Part shown: positions 9,501 to 26,025 of the stretch, piece after piece
Layout of the letters: each line of letters starts with the position of its first letter
Numbering within the stretch: position 1 is the first letter of the stretch
DNA from: Macrostomum hystrix
Lineage: Eukaryota; Animalia; Platyhelminthes
Direction of reading: 5' to 3'
Assembly (NCBI GenBank): GCA_950097015.1
Contig: CATNEN010000037.1
Location: forward strand, 2,914,001 to 2,978,000
DNA: 64,000 nt
Notes under the pieces: generated by a model
What the model saw: only the letters and a program-made list of their open reading frames with translations
What the model was told of the DNA's origin: nothing
Database searches by the model: none
Program-made: the position numbers and the translations under genes

Positions 9501-11385
9501 ATCAGCCACACCTAACTCAGAGAATTTCAAATGTGAAGCCCTACTGACCGATTTTCTACCCGTCCCCTTAAAGCGAGAACAGATTCTAGAAGCCCAAGGA
9601 GCTGACCCAGTAATCTCAAAGCTGATTGAGTGGAAGACTGAAGGTCTGACACACCTCCCCATCACACGTAATGTGTCCCCCGAGTTAAAGAAAATGAGTA
9701 AGAAATTCGACGCCATGAAGATTGACCGTGATATATTGCTCATCGAGGAAGATGAAAAGTGGAAAGTAGTATTGCCATCATCGCTGGATAAGCAAGTACT
9801 AAGTGATCTACACAGCAGCCCGTTAGCCGGACATCTCGGAAGAGATAAGACAACCCAGAGAGTCCGTGAAAGATTCTGGAGACCAGGCTTAAGTACTGCT
9901 GTCGAAAAGTACATCGCCGAATGCATTCCGTGTCTGGAAAGCAAAACCAGCAACTACATCCAGGCACCGATTCAATCCTTTCCCATCAGCGAGCCCTTCT
10001 ATCGCTGCCATATAGACATTATCGGTCCTTTGTCAAAAGAAAGTAAAAGAGGACATAAGTATGTACTGACTGTGGTAGACAGTACAACACGTTACCCCTT
10101 TGCTTTTCCGATCAGGAATCAGAAATCGGACACCGTAATCAAAATATTGCAAGAACGAATATTCTCCGAGTATGGCCAATGCCATTGGATACATACTGAT
10201 AACGGAAAGACTTTTACCAGCAAACAATTCAAGGCATTCTGCAACCTTTACAACTTGAAACACACATGCACCACGCCGTATCATGCGCAGAGCAATGGTC
10301 TTGTGGAAAGGTTTAATAAGCAGATCAAGTCCATTATTACTTGTTTGATCGAGAAAGATCACAGTAACTGGGATTTGATGATTCCTGCCGCCCTAGTTGC
10401 TGTCCGCACTAGTGTCAACAAAACAACTGGTTTTACACCCCACTTCCTGTTGTTTGGCAGAGAAGCTGTAATGCCGTTAGACAGCCAAATCAAAGAAGCA
10501 GTCGAACATGCCGATTATCCATCATACATCGCCAAACATGCTGAAAGATTAGTCGAAGCTCAGGAGATTGTAAAGAGAAAACTAGAAGGAGTAGTCAGCA
10601 AAAGACAGATAGCAGCAGAAATTAATAAACCACCGAAAGAAGTTCCCATCGGATGCCTAGTATTAATTAATAACCCACAACTGAACAGTGAAGAATCACA
10701 CAAGTTTTATCGGAAGAAAAGATCCGCCTTTCGAGTGCTCAACAAGATTTCAGAGGTAGTTTTCCGAGTGCAGAAAGAAGAGAATGGAATTCGCAGTGGC
10801 AACGTAATGTTGGTCCACCGAGACAACTTAATGCCCATTCCTAACTCAACTGCAGAAGTAACAAATAAGGGAAGCCAGGAGGGCCCCTCAGCCAGCAAGA
10901 AAGGACAGAAAATTAAGGGAAGCCACCCCAGAGCACAGAAACAAATAATTTACATTGAATCGGAAGAATCATCATCGGAGGATGAAATTAATTGGCATTG
11001 CGATATCCGCAGCGAAGCCACAGAAGAAATAAATGAAGAAACAGAAGAATCCGCGATTGAAGAAGAATCTGAAGAGACGGACAATGAAGAAGAGCTTATT
11101 AACGAAGAAAACATCGAAGTTGGAGCTGAAATAGAAGTAGGAGAAGAATTATCTAATGAAATTGAGCCGGCAGTGATTGCAGAGGCTGAGTCAGACAATG
11201 CCGAGATTGAAAGAGAGGGTGGAATGATCGATAAGGAGCCAGCACACACAGAACAAGAAAGAGAGGCCGCCCACCCCACTCCACGATATAATTTACGACA
11301 ACAACCAAGGGGTACGGCACAGTGTGGGTGTCACCTAAAGAGGTTGTTGTCCACTCTCACCTTCCTAGGGAGCATTAAAATTTAA
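6472..11385 (+). CDS. pol: Pol polyprotein (PR, RT, RNase H, integrase), probably made as Gag-Pol by frameshift at about 6559
   Basis: LLDTGA protease; LDLNSGYWQ and YIDD RT; TDASD RNase H; HHCC zinc finger; HIDIIGP/TDNG/GLVERFN DDE integrase. The ORF is uninterrupted. Confidence 0.97.
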   Translation: MWSARTNESWTSVQCEPSTPVPPEPGLGKLSAEVRMRPRPSSQVPANVQASQFRIPSQYKFCYPRKTVPVWKACKNNAITHHVIPTSPNAFALLAPNASTPNASAPNASAPNASTPNASAPNASAPNASAPNASAPNASAPNASAPNASAPISSAPNECVFPKNKKEPRKAKMAATTKKPALTAKVELTKLNGYEAVITGSVKNQSVDFLLDTGARNNFLSKSTWSIIFKPDQIQETNKRVSTFDGTQVQLEGEVTTKMRCGDIELEVEFLLCQHDCDDILGMEFFLSHCESIHLAKGMLVLKKGTCVPMKYTRLPVRVCRVYTQERVVIPANSALRIPVKLARNSEANYGTPMTIETIGDGVRTKEVTLEMAPTLVTMQEGVGIVEIVNQHAVDVTLSKSALVGLAKPMKVQELTYWQQSIEPESQPTGRVNQTLTTEDEWINEINIGPELDEEQRKAVIELIKEHREAFSQDELDMGLTNLVTHEILLNDKTPVRIPTRRIPPHLQKQVDAQLDDMLAKNLIRPCYSPYSTPLVIVPKKDGTIRIVSDFRVLNSRVNYVPYPLPNIQETFSHLTGSEYFSSLDLNSGYWQVPIKEEHKYMTAFSTLNRGQFEYEVMAQGLSNAPGTFQRLMNLVLLGIQHKFAMSYIDDIVTYSKQFEEHLEHLKEVFKRLITAGLKLRAKKCNLFHHELKYLGHVIGRDGLRTDEAKIEAIRTWPKPKDVKELRSFLGLCNYYCRFVKNYAEAAHPLFQLTRKGVQQFQSKWNEVHDQAFESLKQRMMSTEVLAYPEFVDNEKVRMVLDTDASDGRIGACLGQIQSDGIERPIAYFSRAMKESEKRYPITRKELLALVDAMKHFRFYLIGKRFLARTDHKAILWLLKQTEATGILGRWVERLSEFQFDLEHRSGAKHSNADSLSRRPAETVEVGQEESQGETPATTPPTVEKENPALAVKSESVEQPNKDGETQAPHPIARIESIVSGDEGEMSDQEASNDSCVLQPSLPNDQSNHKSATPNSENFKCEALLTDFLPVPLKREQILEAQGADPVISKLIEWKTEGLTHLPITRNVSPELKKMSKKFDAMKIDRDILLIEEDEKWKVVLPSSLDKQVLSDLHSSPLAGHLGRDKTTQRVRERFWRPGLSTAVEKYIAECIPCLESKTSNYIQAPIQSFPISEPFYRCHIDIIGPLSKESKRGHKYVLTVVDSTTRYPFAFPIRNQKSDTVIKILQERIFSEYGQCHWIHTDNGKTFTSKQFKAFCNLYNLKHTCTTPYHAQSNGLVERFNKQIKSIITCLIEKDHSNWDLMIPAALVAVRTSVNKTTGFTPHFLLFGREAVMPLDSQIKEAVEHADYPSYIAKHAERLVEAQEIVKRKLEGVVSKRQIAAEINKPPKEVPIGCLVLINNPQLNSEESHKFYRKKRSAFRVLNKISEVVFRVQKEENGIRSGNVMLVHRDNLMPIPNSTAEVTNKGSQEGPSASKKGQKIKGSHPRAQKQIIYIESEESSSEDEINWHCDIRSEATEEINEETEESAIEEESEETDNEEELINEENIEVGAEIEVGEELSNEIEPAVIAEAESDNAEIEREGGMIDKEPAHTEQEREAAHPTPRYNLRQQPRGTAQCGCHLKRLLSTLTFLGSIKI
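6553..6623 (+). promoter_or_regulatory. -1 ribosomal frameshift signal: slippery G GGA AAC plus predicted H-type pseudoknot
   Basis: The heptamer (6553-6559) is in the gag frame directly before TGA, and pol is in the -1 frame. Stem 1 is 6568-6575/6586-6593; stem 2 is 6579-6584/6618-6623. Confidence 0.8.
6754..6948 (+). repeat. In-frame 15-bp minisatellite encoding (A/T)PNAS x11 plus 2 degenerate units
   Basis: GCACCCAATGCGTCA tandem array inside the pol ORF, upstream of the protease. Confidence 0.95.
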
Positions 11386-11511
11386 GCTAAACAAAGAAAG
11401 AAGGGGTCTATGTACACAAGGGAGAGAAAGAGAAGGGGTTGGTGCAACCAATGGAAGGCCCGGAGGCTATGAAAGGAAGGAAACTATTACGTAACCCCCT
11501 CTCCAGAACTC

Positions 11512-11519
11512 TATATAAA
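11512..11519 (+). promoter_or_regulatory. Candidate internal TATA box (TATATAAA) upstream of ORF3
   Basis: Lies in the non-coding gap between the pol stop (11385) and the ORF3 ATG (11637), after a GA-rich stretch. Confidence 0.55.
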
Positions 11520-11636
11520 CAGAGCCCCTGTGGCGTAAAGAAGTTAATTGTTTTCTCGTATTGAGAATTCTTAAAGCTCCTCAATTCGTACTGAATTTTG
11601 AAGCGACCAGCAAATCACATCAATCTCGTATTGAGA

Positions 11637-12698
11637 ATGATCAGGACTGTATCACAGGAGGACCTCGCGCAGCAATTAATGTTAAGCGATAGCGAGAATG
11701 AGGAAACAGACCTCGTGGACCAATTGTTTCTAAGTGACAGTGACAATGTCGCCCAAGTATGGGAACGAGAAGCAGAGAATGAAGCACCCATGAAACAGCC
11801 AACCCGGCCTAAGCCTGTAGGAGTTACAAAGAAGATAATCAAGCAAAAAGGGCCGGAGGTGCGTACTGCGCCTACCGTACCAACAGCTTTGGAAAAATCA
11901 CAACCGCTACCCACGGTTCTTCAGGCGGTAAAAGTAAATAATAAGCCGCCCACACAGAAGCCTGCAGCTATGCCACCACAAGGGCGAAAGAGATTGTCAT
12001 CAGTGGTAACCAGACCCACTATAGACAAGCATAAGTTACTACGCATACAGGCGGATACTCCTGTAGTAGTGCCTAAAGAATTGACAAATCGTTACCCTGA
12101 CGGTGCTAAGACCAGCACTCTATTAACTCAATCAACCTGGCGGGCCCCTCCAAAGACAACCCGCAAGTGGCAAAAGCCGCAACCATTAGAATTGCCGCCA
12201 CAAGCGCACTCAAAGAAACCAGGGCACTCTGTTTCGCTAGGCAAGTCCGCTTCACCACCTCGTGATCCAAGAAAGTTGCCACAGCCAGAAGACCTAAGAC
12301 AACTAATTAAGGCCGACACATCAAAATCATCATCAATTAGTATGGGTGAAGACTATGGGACATTATTGCACACGTTGGAAGAAACTCAGCAACAACAATT
12401 AAAACGTCAAGTCGCCCTATTGAAACAATATTACTTAAGAGTTGGCCGATATGAGGATAAACGATCACCACCGAAGCGAGAGGAGATTGCGCAAGTAATC
12501 AATAAACTCCAGCGCAATTTCTCGCCTGAACTTGCAGTGGCTGCATGGCGGCGAGCCACACAGTATGCTTTACATTCATTGGATTCAATCGTCAAAGGAT
12601 TTGACGTATCGAAGATGCGCACCGAAGCAAGCTGGATCGGCCAGGAGGTCGGCTGGCCCTTCAAGGACCAACTTCCAGAGGAATTTGCAATGGAGTGA
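11637..12698 (+). CDS. ORF3 of the retrotransposon, 353 aa, unknown function, not env-like
   Basis: Intact sense ORF between pol and the PPT. Acidic N-terminus, Pro/Lys-rich middle, helical-looking C-terminus; no signal peptide or TM segment. Confidence 0.8.
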   Translation: MIRTVSQEDLAQQLMLSDSENEETDLVDQLFLSDSDNVAQVWEREAENEAPMKQPTRPKPVGVTKKIIKQKGPEVRTAPTVPTALEKSQPLPTVLQAVKVNNKPPTQKPAAMPPQGRKRLSSVVTRPTIDKHKLLRIQADTPVVVPKELTNRYPDGAKTSTLLTQSTWRAPPKTTRKWQKPQPLELPPQAHSKKPGHSVSLGKSASPPRDPRKLPQPEDLRQLIKADTSKSSSISMGEDYGTLLHTLEETQQQQLKRQVALLKQYYLRVGRYEDKRSPPKREEIAQVINKLQRNFSPELAVAAWRRATQYALHSLDSIVKGFDVSKMRTEASWIGQEVGWPFKDQLPEEFAME

Positions 12699-12870
12699 AA
12701 ATTTTTTTGTAAATTGGACTTTCGTTTTAGTATACCTATCCCCGTGCCTATAATCTCTGTCTATGTTTTACCTTTTATGCCTACGCCTATGTTTTATTCT
12801 TTGTGCTTATTCTTTGTGTTTATTTTTAGTGTTTGATTATTTTTTCACTTTTTCCTTCAAAAATCATCTT

Positions 12871-12883
12871 AAGGGAAGCCAGT
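12871..12883 (+). other. Polypurine tract
   Basis: AAGGGAAGCCAGT immediately 5' of the 3' LTR. Confidence 0.6.
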
Positions 12884-13805
12884 TGAGATAGATAGAATTT
12901 TATTATTACCGTTTTAAAACTTTGTGATGTAAATAAATTTTGTTAGCAAATTATATTACAAAATGTATTCTATTATTATATTAGGTGCTTTTATTTTTCA
13001 TATAGTAAATAGTATTTTCCTTTAAAAAAGAAATTAATTATAACATTTGTTTTAGTTTTTCCCGCCACCTCAAAAATTTCATATAAATAGAAGTAAAATT
13101 GTATGTCTCAAAAATATACCTCGCCTTACCTCGCGCTCTCCCCGCTTGTCTTTGGCGATCAAACAAGAAAGCCAATTCAGCTAGTGTTCTCTAAAATTAC
13201 ATGACTTCGTGTTGATTCTTTAAGATTAGAACTGTATTAGTTCTGGTCAAAGTTACGCTGTATAATAGTATTGAGCTGTATTAGTTCTATATTATTAACA
13301 GGGAGTAAACGTAGTGATCTAAATAAGACGTATTGTCTTATTATTTAGGTTAAAATCAACGTATTGTTGATAATAATAAGACGTATTGTCTTATTATTTA
13401 GGTTAAAATCAACGTATTGTTGATAATAATAAGACGTATTGTCTTATTATTTAGGCTAAAATCAACGTACTGTTGATCTAAATAAGACGTATTGTCTTAG
13501 TAATTAGGATATATCAACGTACTGTTGATATAAATAAGACGTACTGTCTTACTGTTTAGGGTGGGTTACCCTGGACAAATAAATAGAGTGAGATCATACG
13601 TAGTGTAAGGTCAGTCCTGATCGTGATTACCGGGCAACTTCAGTCCACCGCGTAAAGCCCCGGAAGACTGGAAATAGGATTTTAGGGAGTGCCTTACCGC
13701 TCGGGCACAGTCAGCTACCATAGTAACGCGTCATTCACGTGATACTAAATAGACAAATATAGAAACTAGGATAAATAATACCGCACACCCGAAACGGCTG
13801 CTACA
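12884..13805 (+). repeat. 3' LTR
   Basis: Direct repeat of 4653-5574, followed by TSD TATG. Confidence 0.97.
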
Positions 13806-15500
13806 TATGAATAATTAAACATATAGCTCTTTAAAAAAAATAGCATGTCTAGTTCCTAAGTAAAAAAAATTTAATAAAACAGATGTTTAGAAAGAATGCA
13901 TATAAAAGTCAAATACTGAAATCATCAATAAAATCTGACTTTAACCATTCTCTTCCAAAAATGTAACACTAGATTTCTCCCTTCTGTCTAAATCATTTGA
14001 TTAGCCTTAATACAGACTATACTATTACTAGCTACCTATTGCAATCGGCAGTTAGTTTTTTAGTTAAATGTTTTTAGTCAAATGTTTCAGTTTAGCTATG
14101 AGAAGTTAAGAACTAAGGGGACTAGCCCCATGCATTTAGGCCATAAGAAATATTATGGTCAAAAATATACTCACACTTTGAAGTAGTCTTATGTCCTGGA
14201 AGTTGATTATCAGAAACAACAGTCAAAATGAAATATAAACTAATGACTTATAATATAGGCCTAAGAAGTAGCCCAAATGAGGCGACCAAATTTATTTGCA
14301 TAATTAAGTTCATTTAAAAATTGAGCACATCTGAACAGCAAAAATGTAGAAACACAAAAGAAATTGACATTCCATTATTGAATTTGTATTATGATTAAGG
14401 CATTTCATCTGATTCTTATTATTAGTTAGGCCCTACTAGCTCATATTAAATAATAATAATCAATTCTGGATTTGACATCAGATTTGCTTAGTTAGGCTAC
14501 GCAAAAATGAAAAATTATCAGCACATTATTACATGTTACTTTGCTATAGAATAGCTAGGCCTAACAAAATAGTTTTAAATATGATCTCGTACTAATCGTT
14601 AAGAACAAGATAATTTATTTTATAGTTACTGAAATCTGAAATGCTTAATGTATATGTAGGTAGGTCAAGCCAATATCCAACAGTTGTAGCTACACTGTAG
14701 CCGTGGCAGGAATTCTATGCCACGGGCCCATTTAGCTGTATTTTAAAAAGTACATAAGCTATTTATATAATCGTGTTATTGTTCTTGTTAACACACCGGG
14801 ACGAAGGGAACGGTAAAGCGTGAGGTTTAAATTCCTTTTCGTAAAACAAAGTTATCATAATAATAGTTTTTAGTAAAGTAAAGCAACAGTTTTCAAACTT
14901 AGTCTCGTTAAAATCTAAAAATAATATCAACTTTTTTATAAATAAGAACGTAAAAATATAACTGGACAACGACAAAGTTGGGGCAAACATTGCTTTTGTA
15001 AAAAAGAAACATTATGCATTAATAATAAACAGAGGAGCAGATATTTTACTGGTTCCATTTTTCCAAGCCTTCATATTTTCGGTTCCTTTTTTGTGGAATA
15101 TATCTAGGGTGAATATTTTCATGATATTATTATGATCGCACGTGCTTTTACAGTTCAGTTATTCCAGTTTAAACAAAAGCTACTTGAATTTTTTTTGCCT
15201 TTAGGTTTTTAGGCTTGCTTTTATTTATTTTATTTTATTTCTGAGTTTTTTTACTACTAAATGTGAGCTAATTGAGTTGTTCTAGGCTTGTGTTAAGAGT
15301 CTTAAATTTTCAACGTTCTTTTCTTGTTCTGTTTTTGCGACTTATTGTTATCCTCCGTAACCTTACAATGCAACATATAAGCTTCGTACTAACAAGGCAA
15401 AAATGTTAGAAATCATGTAATGGTATAATCTTATAGCTTCATGTCTGTCTCGACATTGCTGTTTTCTTCTGTATTACAGATCATTTAGCTAATTAAGAAG

Positions 15501-22496
<6,996 letters not shown>

Positions 22497-23039
22497 GCTT
22501 CGGGCTGCTGCGCCTTCAATGCGATGATTGATTGTCGGTGCATATACTGATCCCATGTGCCGAAACTTGTATCAAAGACTACCGTCTGACCCTAAATATG
22601 TTAATTCTGGCTTAACTTTTTAATCAGCCACACCTTAATACATGGTGTAGCTATAAGAGAGTACTGATACTTTATCTACGCTCTTTTGTATATTCTTCAA
22701 AAAACTAACTTCTTACTTGTCCTTAATAAAAACAATGGATTTTTAGCCTGTCAAAGCTATGCGCAGATCATTAGATTTTTTTGAAAAAAAATTGTCAAAC
22801 CTTCAAACCAAAATTCGACCTCAAAGTCTCACAGTCGAGAATCAAACTTTAAAAAGTAATTTTCTGTATTTAAACTCGCGATAAGCGCCAAGTATTCTAT
22901 GGCCGCAATTGCGGCCTGGCCTTGAATTCGAACTTACCGGTACCGGGGTAGGACCCATAGCGATCAGTGTCAGACGCGTTCACGCAAGTCTTAGGGGTGT
23001 TTAGTGACGGTGCCATATACTCAGTATATATGGCCTACA

Positions 23040-23330
23040 GAGGTTGTAGCCTAGTGGCTAGGGCGTCAGACTCACGACTTGAAGGTCGGGAGTTCGATTC
23101 CCGACTCCACTGGAACAATGTGTTCTTTTAGCAAGGCACTTAACTGGCATGGCTTCAGTTCACCCAGCTGTTAAATGGGTGCCAGCATTAGCTGGGGTAA
23201 TTAAGAGTGGTGGCGTCCCACCAGTCCATGGACTGAACAGCTGTACAGATGCGCCGCGCAATAGCTGCGGCTGTGCTGTCGGCTGCACATCTGGCCCAAT
23301 TGGGGCAGGTGTAATCAATTATTATTTTTA
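23040..23330 (+). mobile_element. tRNA-derived SINE, family A
   Basis: A box TAGCCTAGTGG, B box GTTCGATTCC, conserved body and an (ATT)n tail. Four copies in the window. Confidence 0.85.
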
Positions 23331-23958
23331 CTATCGTATACTCGTAATTAATTCAGAAAGCAAAGAATAAAGAAAATATAACACACTGACTCGCAAGTCC
23401 CGAAATATTTTGTCCACAGCTTTAGAAAAAAAAGGACGGAAAGGTATACATTTAGAGCTTGTGTGAGCAGTCTTTAGTATCTGAAGTTCGCCATATAATA
23501 AGCATTTTTAGAGATAATATTTTTCGGCAAAACAGGTCGGACTCAGTGTTGAATGGGGCTTGTTTTTAGCTGCAGTCTCTCAGCGTGAATTCCTGGCTGC
23601 AAGATCCTACTCTTGCAAGGCGTGCATCGTCTGTTCTTGCTCTCTCTGCTTATAATTCAGCTCTTTAAAGTAAACCTGAGAGCGGAATGCAATGCTGTTG
23701 GAGGCTCTAGATTGAAGGCGTGCGAGCAGAGCTTGCTATTGGAAAAGAAGACAATAGAAAGAATTAGATTTGCGAGCCGAATCTCTGGCACAGGCCGGCC
23801 CACCTCATCCACCCAACCCGGCCCAGAATGCAGTGCAAAAAGACAGAATAAAAATTGTTTGACACTGGAACAGAACAGACACGCCCAAAAATAATTTATT
23901 CGCCCAGACGACCAGAGAAGGAGATACTCTAAATTCGTAGACAGTCAGAACGAGGAGA

Positions 23959-25278
23959 ATGTCTTCGGGCACGGAGGACACCGCCACCCTGGCGCGTCAG
24001 TGGATTGAGACCCACGCGGCGCTGTTTGCGGTGCTGATAATCTGCGCCGTGTTACTTATCGTGGTGGCTGTCACAGTGCTTGTGTACTGCTGCTGCTGCT
24101 GCCGGAAGCGGTCCAGCTGGGGTGCCAAAGCCACTGCCGGAAGCAAGTCCACGGGCAGCAATCTGCACATTGAACTACATGGCGACAGCATCGATGCCTC
24201 GTCGGCGGTCACGGCTACGATACGCGGAACGCACGTTGTGGAAATTCAGGTTGAAAAAGAGAATCAGTACATTTCTCAAACGGAGCAGCCTCCGGTGGTT
24301 GTTAAGGAACAGGCGTGGGTTAGCGCGCTGGACGTTGCGGCTAGCCACGAGGCCAGCCTAGAGGCGGTGCAGCTTCAGCAGTCGTCGAATTCGGAGCTGC
24401 GAGCCGAGTTCCCGCCATTACCGAGCCTGCCCGGCAGCGTGGAGGTGACCTCAGATGCTGAACTGCGTCTGGCTGGTAGAACGATGCCGGAGATCGAGGC
24501 CGACCTCAACACTGCAGTGTCCGCGTCCATCGCCCGTTCAGCTCCCGGCCCTGTCGAAGCCGAGTTGGTGGTTGAAACAGCCGAGCCACGATTCTCGATG
24601 CGACTGCCCCGCACGGAGGTGGTGCTGCAGACGGAGATTGAACAGCCGCAGCGTAAGCTGCCGCTGCTCTCATCACCTCTGAAAGCCACTTCCGTCGTGG
24701 CGTCGGCGAAGGTGACATCTCCGGAAACGGTGACAGTCCGAAGCGTCGGCGATGTACGCCCGTCGCACGAGCACCGGCATGGCACGAGCATCTACCAGAG
24801 TGACGACAACGAGATAACAATAGTCGACAGCGACTTCTCTGACTACGAAGACACGCCCGAAGACCAGGCACGCAAGAGAGCGACAAAGCTTAATTCCCAG
24901 CTGAGCATAGAACTCAGCGCTGACGTCAGTGCAGATGTAAACGCCAACTTTGGCTGGGAGACACTGCCGAATCAGGCTGTTAGGGTAAAGGAGCCGCCAA
25001 TCCGGGCTGTGGACCGGCACGGCGAGGAGTACATCCCGGCACCATCGCCCTCGGTGGAGGAGCAACAGATGCGACGGGAACAGAACCTCGCTGAGCTGGA
25101 CAGAACACTGGACGTATTCGAAGTTGAGGCTGATTCGCAGTCTGGTGCAAGCGGCAGCGGCGTTGGTTTTGGCTTTGGACTCTCAGTTGGCGGCCGGGCT
25201 AATGTTGGCGCCGAATTCGATCTGCAGGTTGACGAGGAGGCGATTGAACCGCTCGATCGTAGCCAAGTTCCACATTAG
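23959..25278 (+). CDS. Uncharacterised single-pass membrane protein (439 aa) with a juxtamembrane Cys cluster
   Basis: Long GC-rich ORF. Hydrophobic stretch AALFAVLIICAVLLIVVAVTVLVY followed by CCCCCRKR, then an acidic low-complexity tail. Confidence 0.75.
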   Translation: MSSGTEDTATLARQWIETHAALFAVLIICAVLLIVVAVTVLVYCCCCCRKRSSWGAKATAGSKSTGSNLHIELHGDSIDASSAVTATIRGTHVVEIQVEKENQYISQTEQPPVVVKEQAWVSALDVAASHEASLEAVQLQQSSNSELRAEFPPLPSLPGSVEVTSDAELRLAGRTMPEIEADLNTAVSASIARSAPGPVEAELVVETAEPRFSMRLPRTEVVLQTEIEQPQRKLPLLSSPLKATSVVASAKVTSPETVTVRSVGDVRPSHEHRHGTSIYQSDDNEITIVDSDFSDYEDTPEDQARKRATKLNSQLSIELSADVSADVNANFGWETLPNQAVRVKEPPIRAVDRHGEEYIPAPSPSVEEQQMRREQNLAELDRTLDVFEVEADSQSGASGSGVGFGFGLSVGGRANVGAEFDLQVDEEAIEPLDRSQVPH

Positions 25279-26025
25279 CATGATTAAGCATGAGTTAGTA
25301 GACTCTAAAAAAAACTTAAGCCGCACATCAACCAACCAGTGAACAGATGTGGGTTAGAACTATTTGAGCTGCACATCAACCAATCAGTGAACAGATGTGG
25401 GTTAGAAATATTTGAGCTGCACATCAACCAATCAGTGAAGAGAACCAATCTGACAGTTAAACATCAATAATAAAGCGAGAAATCTGTTAATTAACGTGTA
25501 CTTGTAAGTCAAAAAATGGTCTGTAGTTAATATTCGAGTATAAGACCTAAAAATTAAATAAACTACGAGTATATAGCCAAGCTGTCACTTATCTTATATA
25601 TTTATCTCGTATGCATACCTTTGTTGCACTTGTGCCTTTTGTAAATCATATTAGCGTATTTTCCCGCACAAAACTCACACTTGTGTTTCATATAAATTTA
25701 AATTATTAACTCAATTAATTTCTAGTTTTCATAAATCATAAATGTATTAAGTAATTGCAGACTTTTGTTAACGCGCTGTGTTACCACCGTTTTAAAACAA
25801 AGAAACAAAAACTTCTTTACCGTACTTTAATTGATATTTTTTTGCAAAAATATGCAGACACTTTGACTTCAACGTCGCTGAGATAACTGATAACTTAAGA
25901 ACTTAAGCCAGTAATATTCATTATTCATTTTTTTCTTCCCAATTGATAGTTATGTTTGTGAGAGTGGTTTGTAGACTGCACTGATTCATCAAAAAGCGAC
26001 CTGTAATAATAATAACTAAACTACA

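Larger units (their letters stand above)
4653..13805 (+). mobile_element. Full-length Ty3/Gypsy LTR retrotransposon (9153 bp): gag, -1 pol, extra ORF3
   Basis: Two 922-bp TG...CA LTRs, 4-bp TSD TATG (4649-4652, 13806-13809), PBS, PPT, and PR-RT-RH-IN domain order. Confidence 0.98.

Noticed and set aside
11598-12698. ORF3 as an envelope gene
   Set aside because: No signal peptide, TM anchor, fusion peptide or Cys pattern.
5500-12753. Antisense and alternate-frame ORFs inside the retrotransposon
   Set aside because: Shadows of gag, pol and ORF3 or of the 15-bp repeat; no recognisable motifs.
23040-23110. tRNA genes at the SINE heads
   Set aside because: A/B boxes are present but there is no complete cloverleaf or acceptor stem, and each continues into a shared SINE body.
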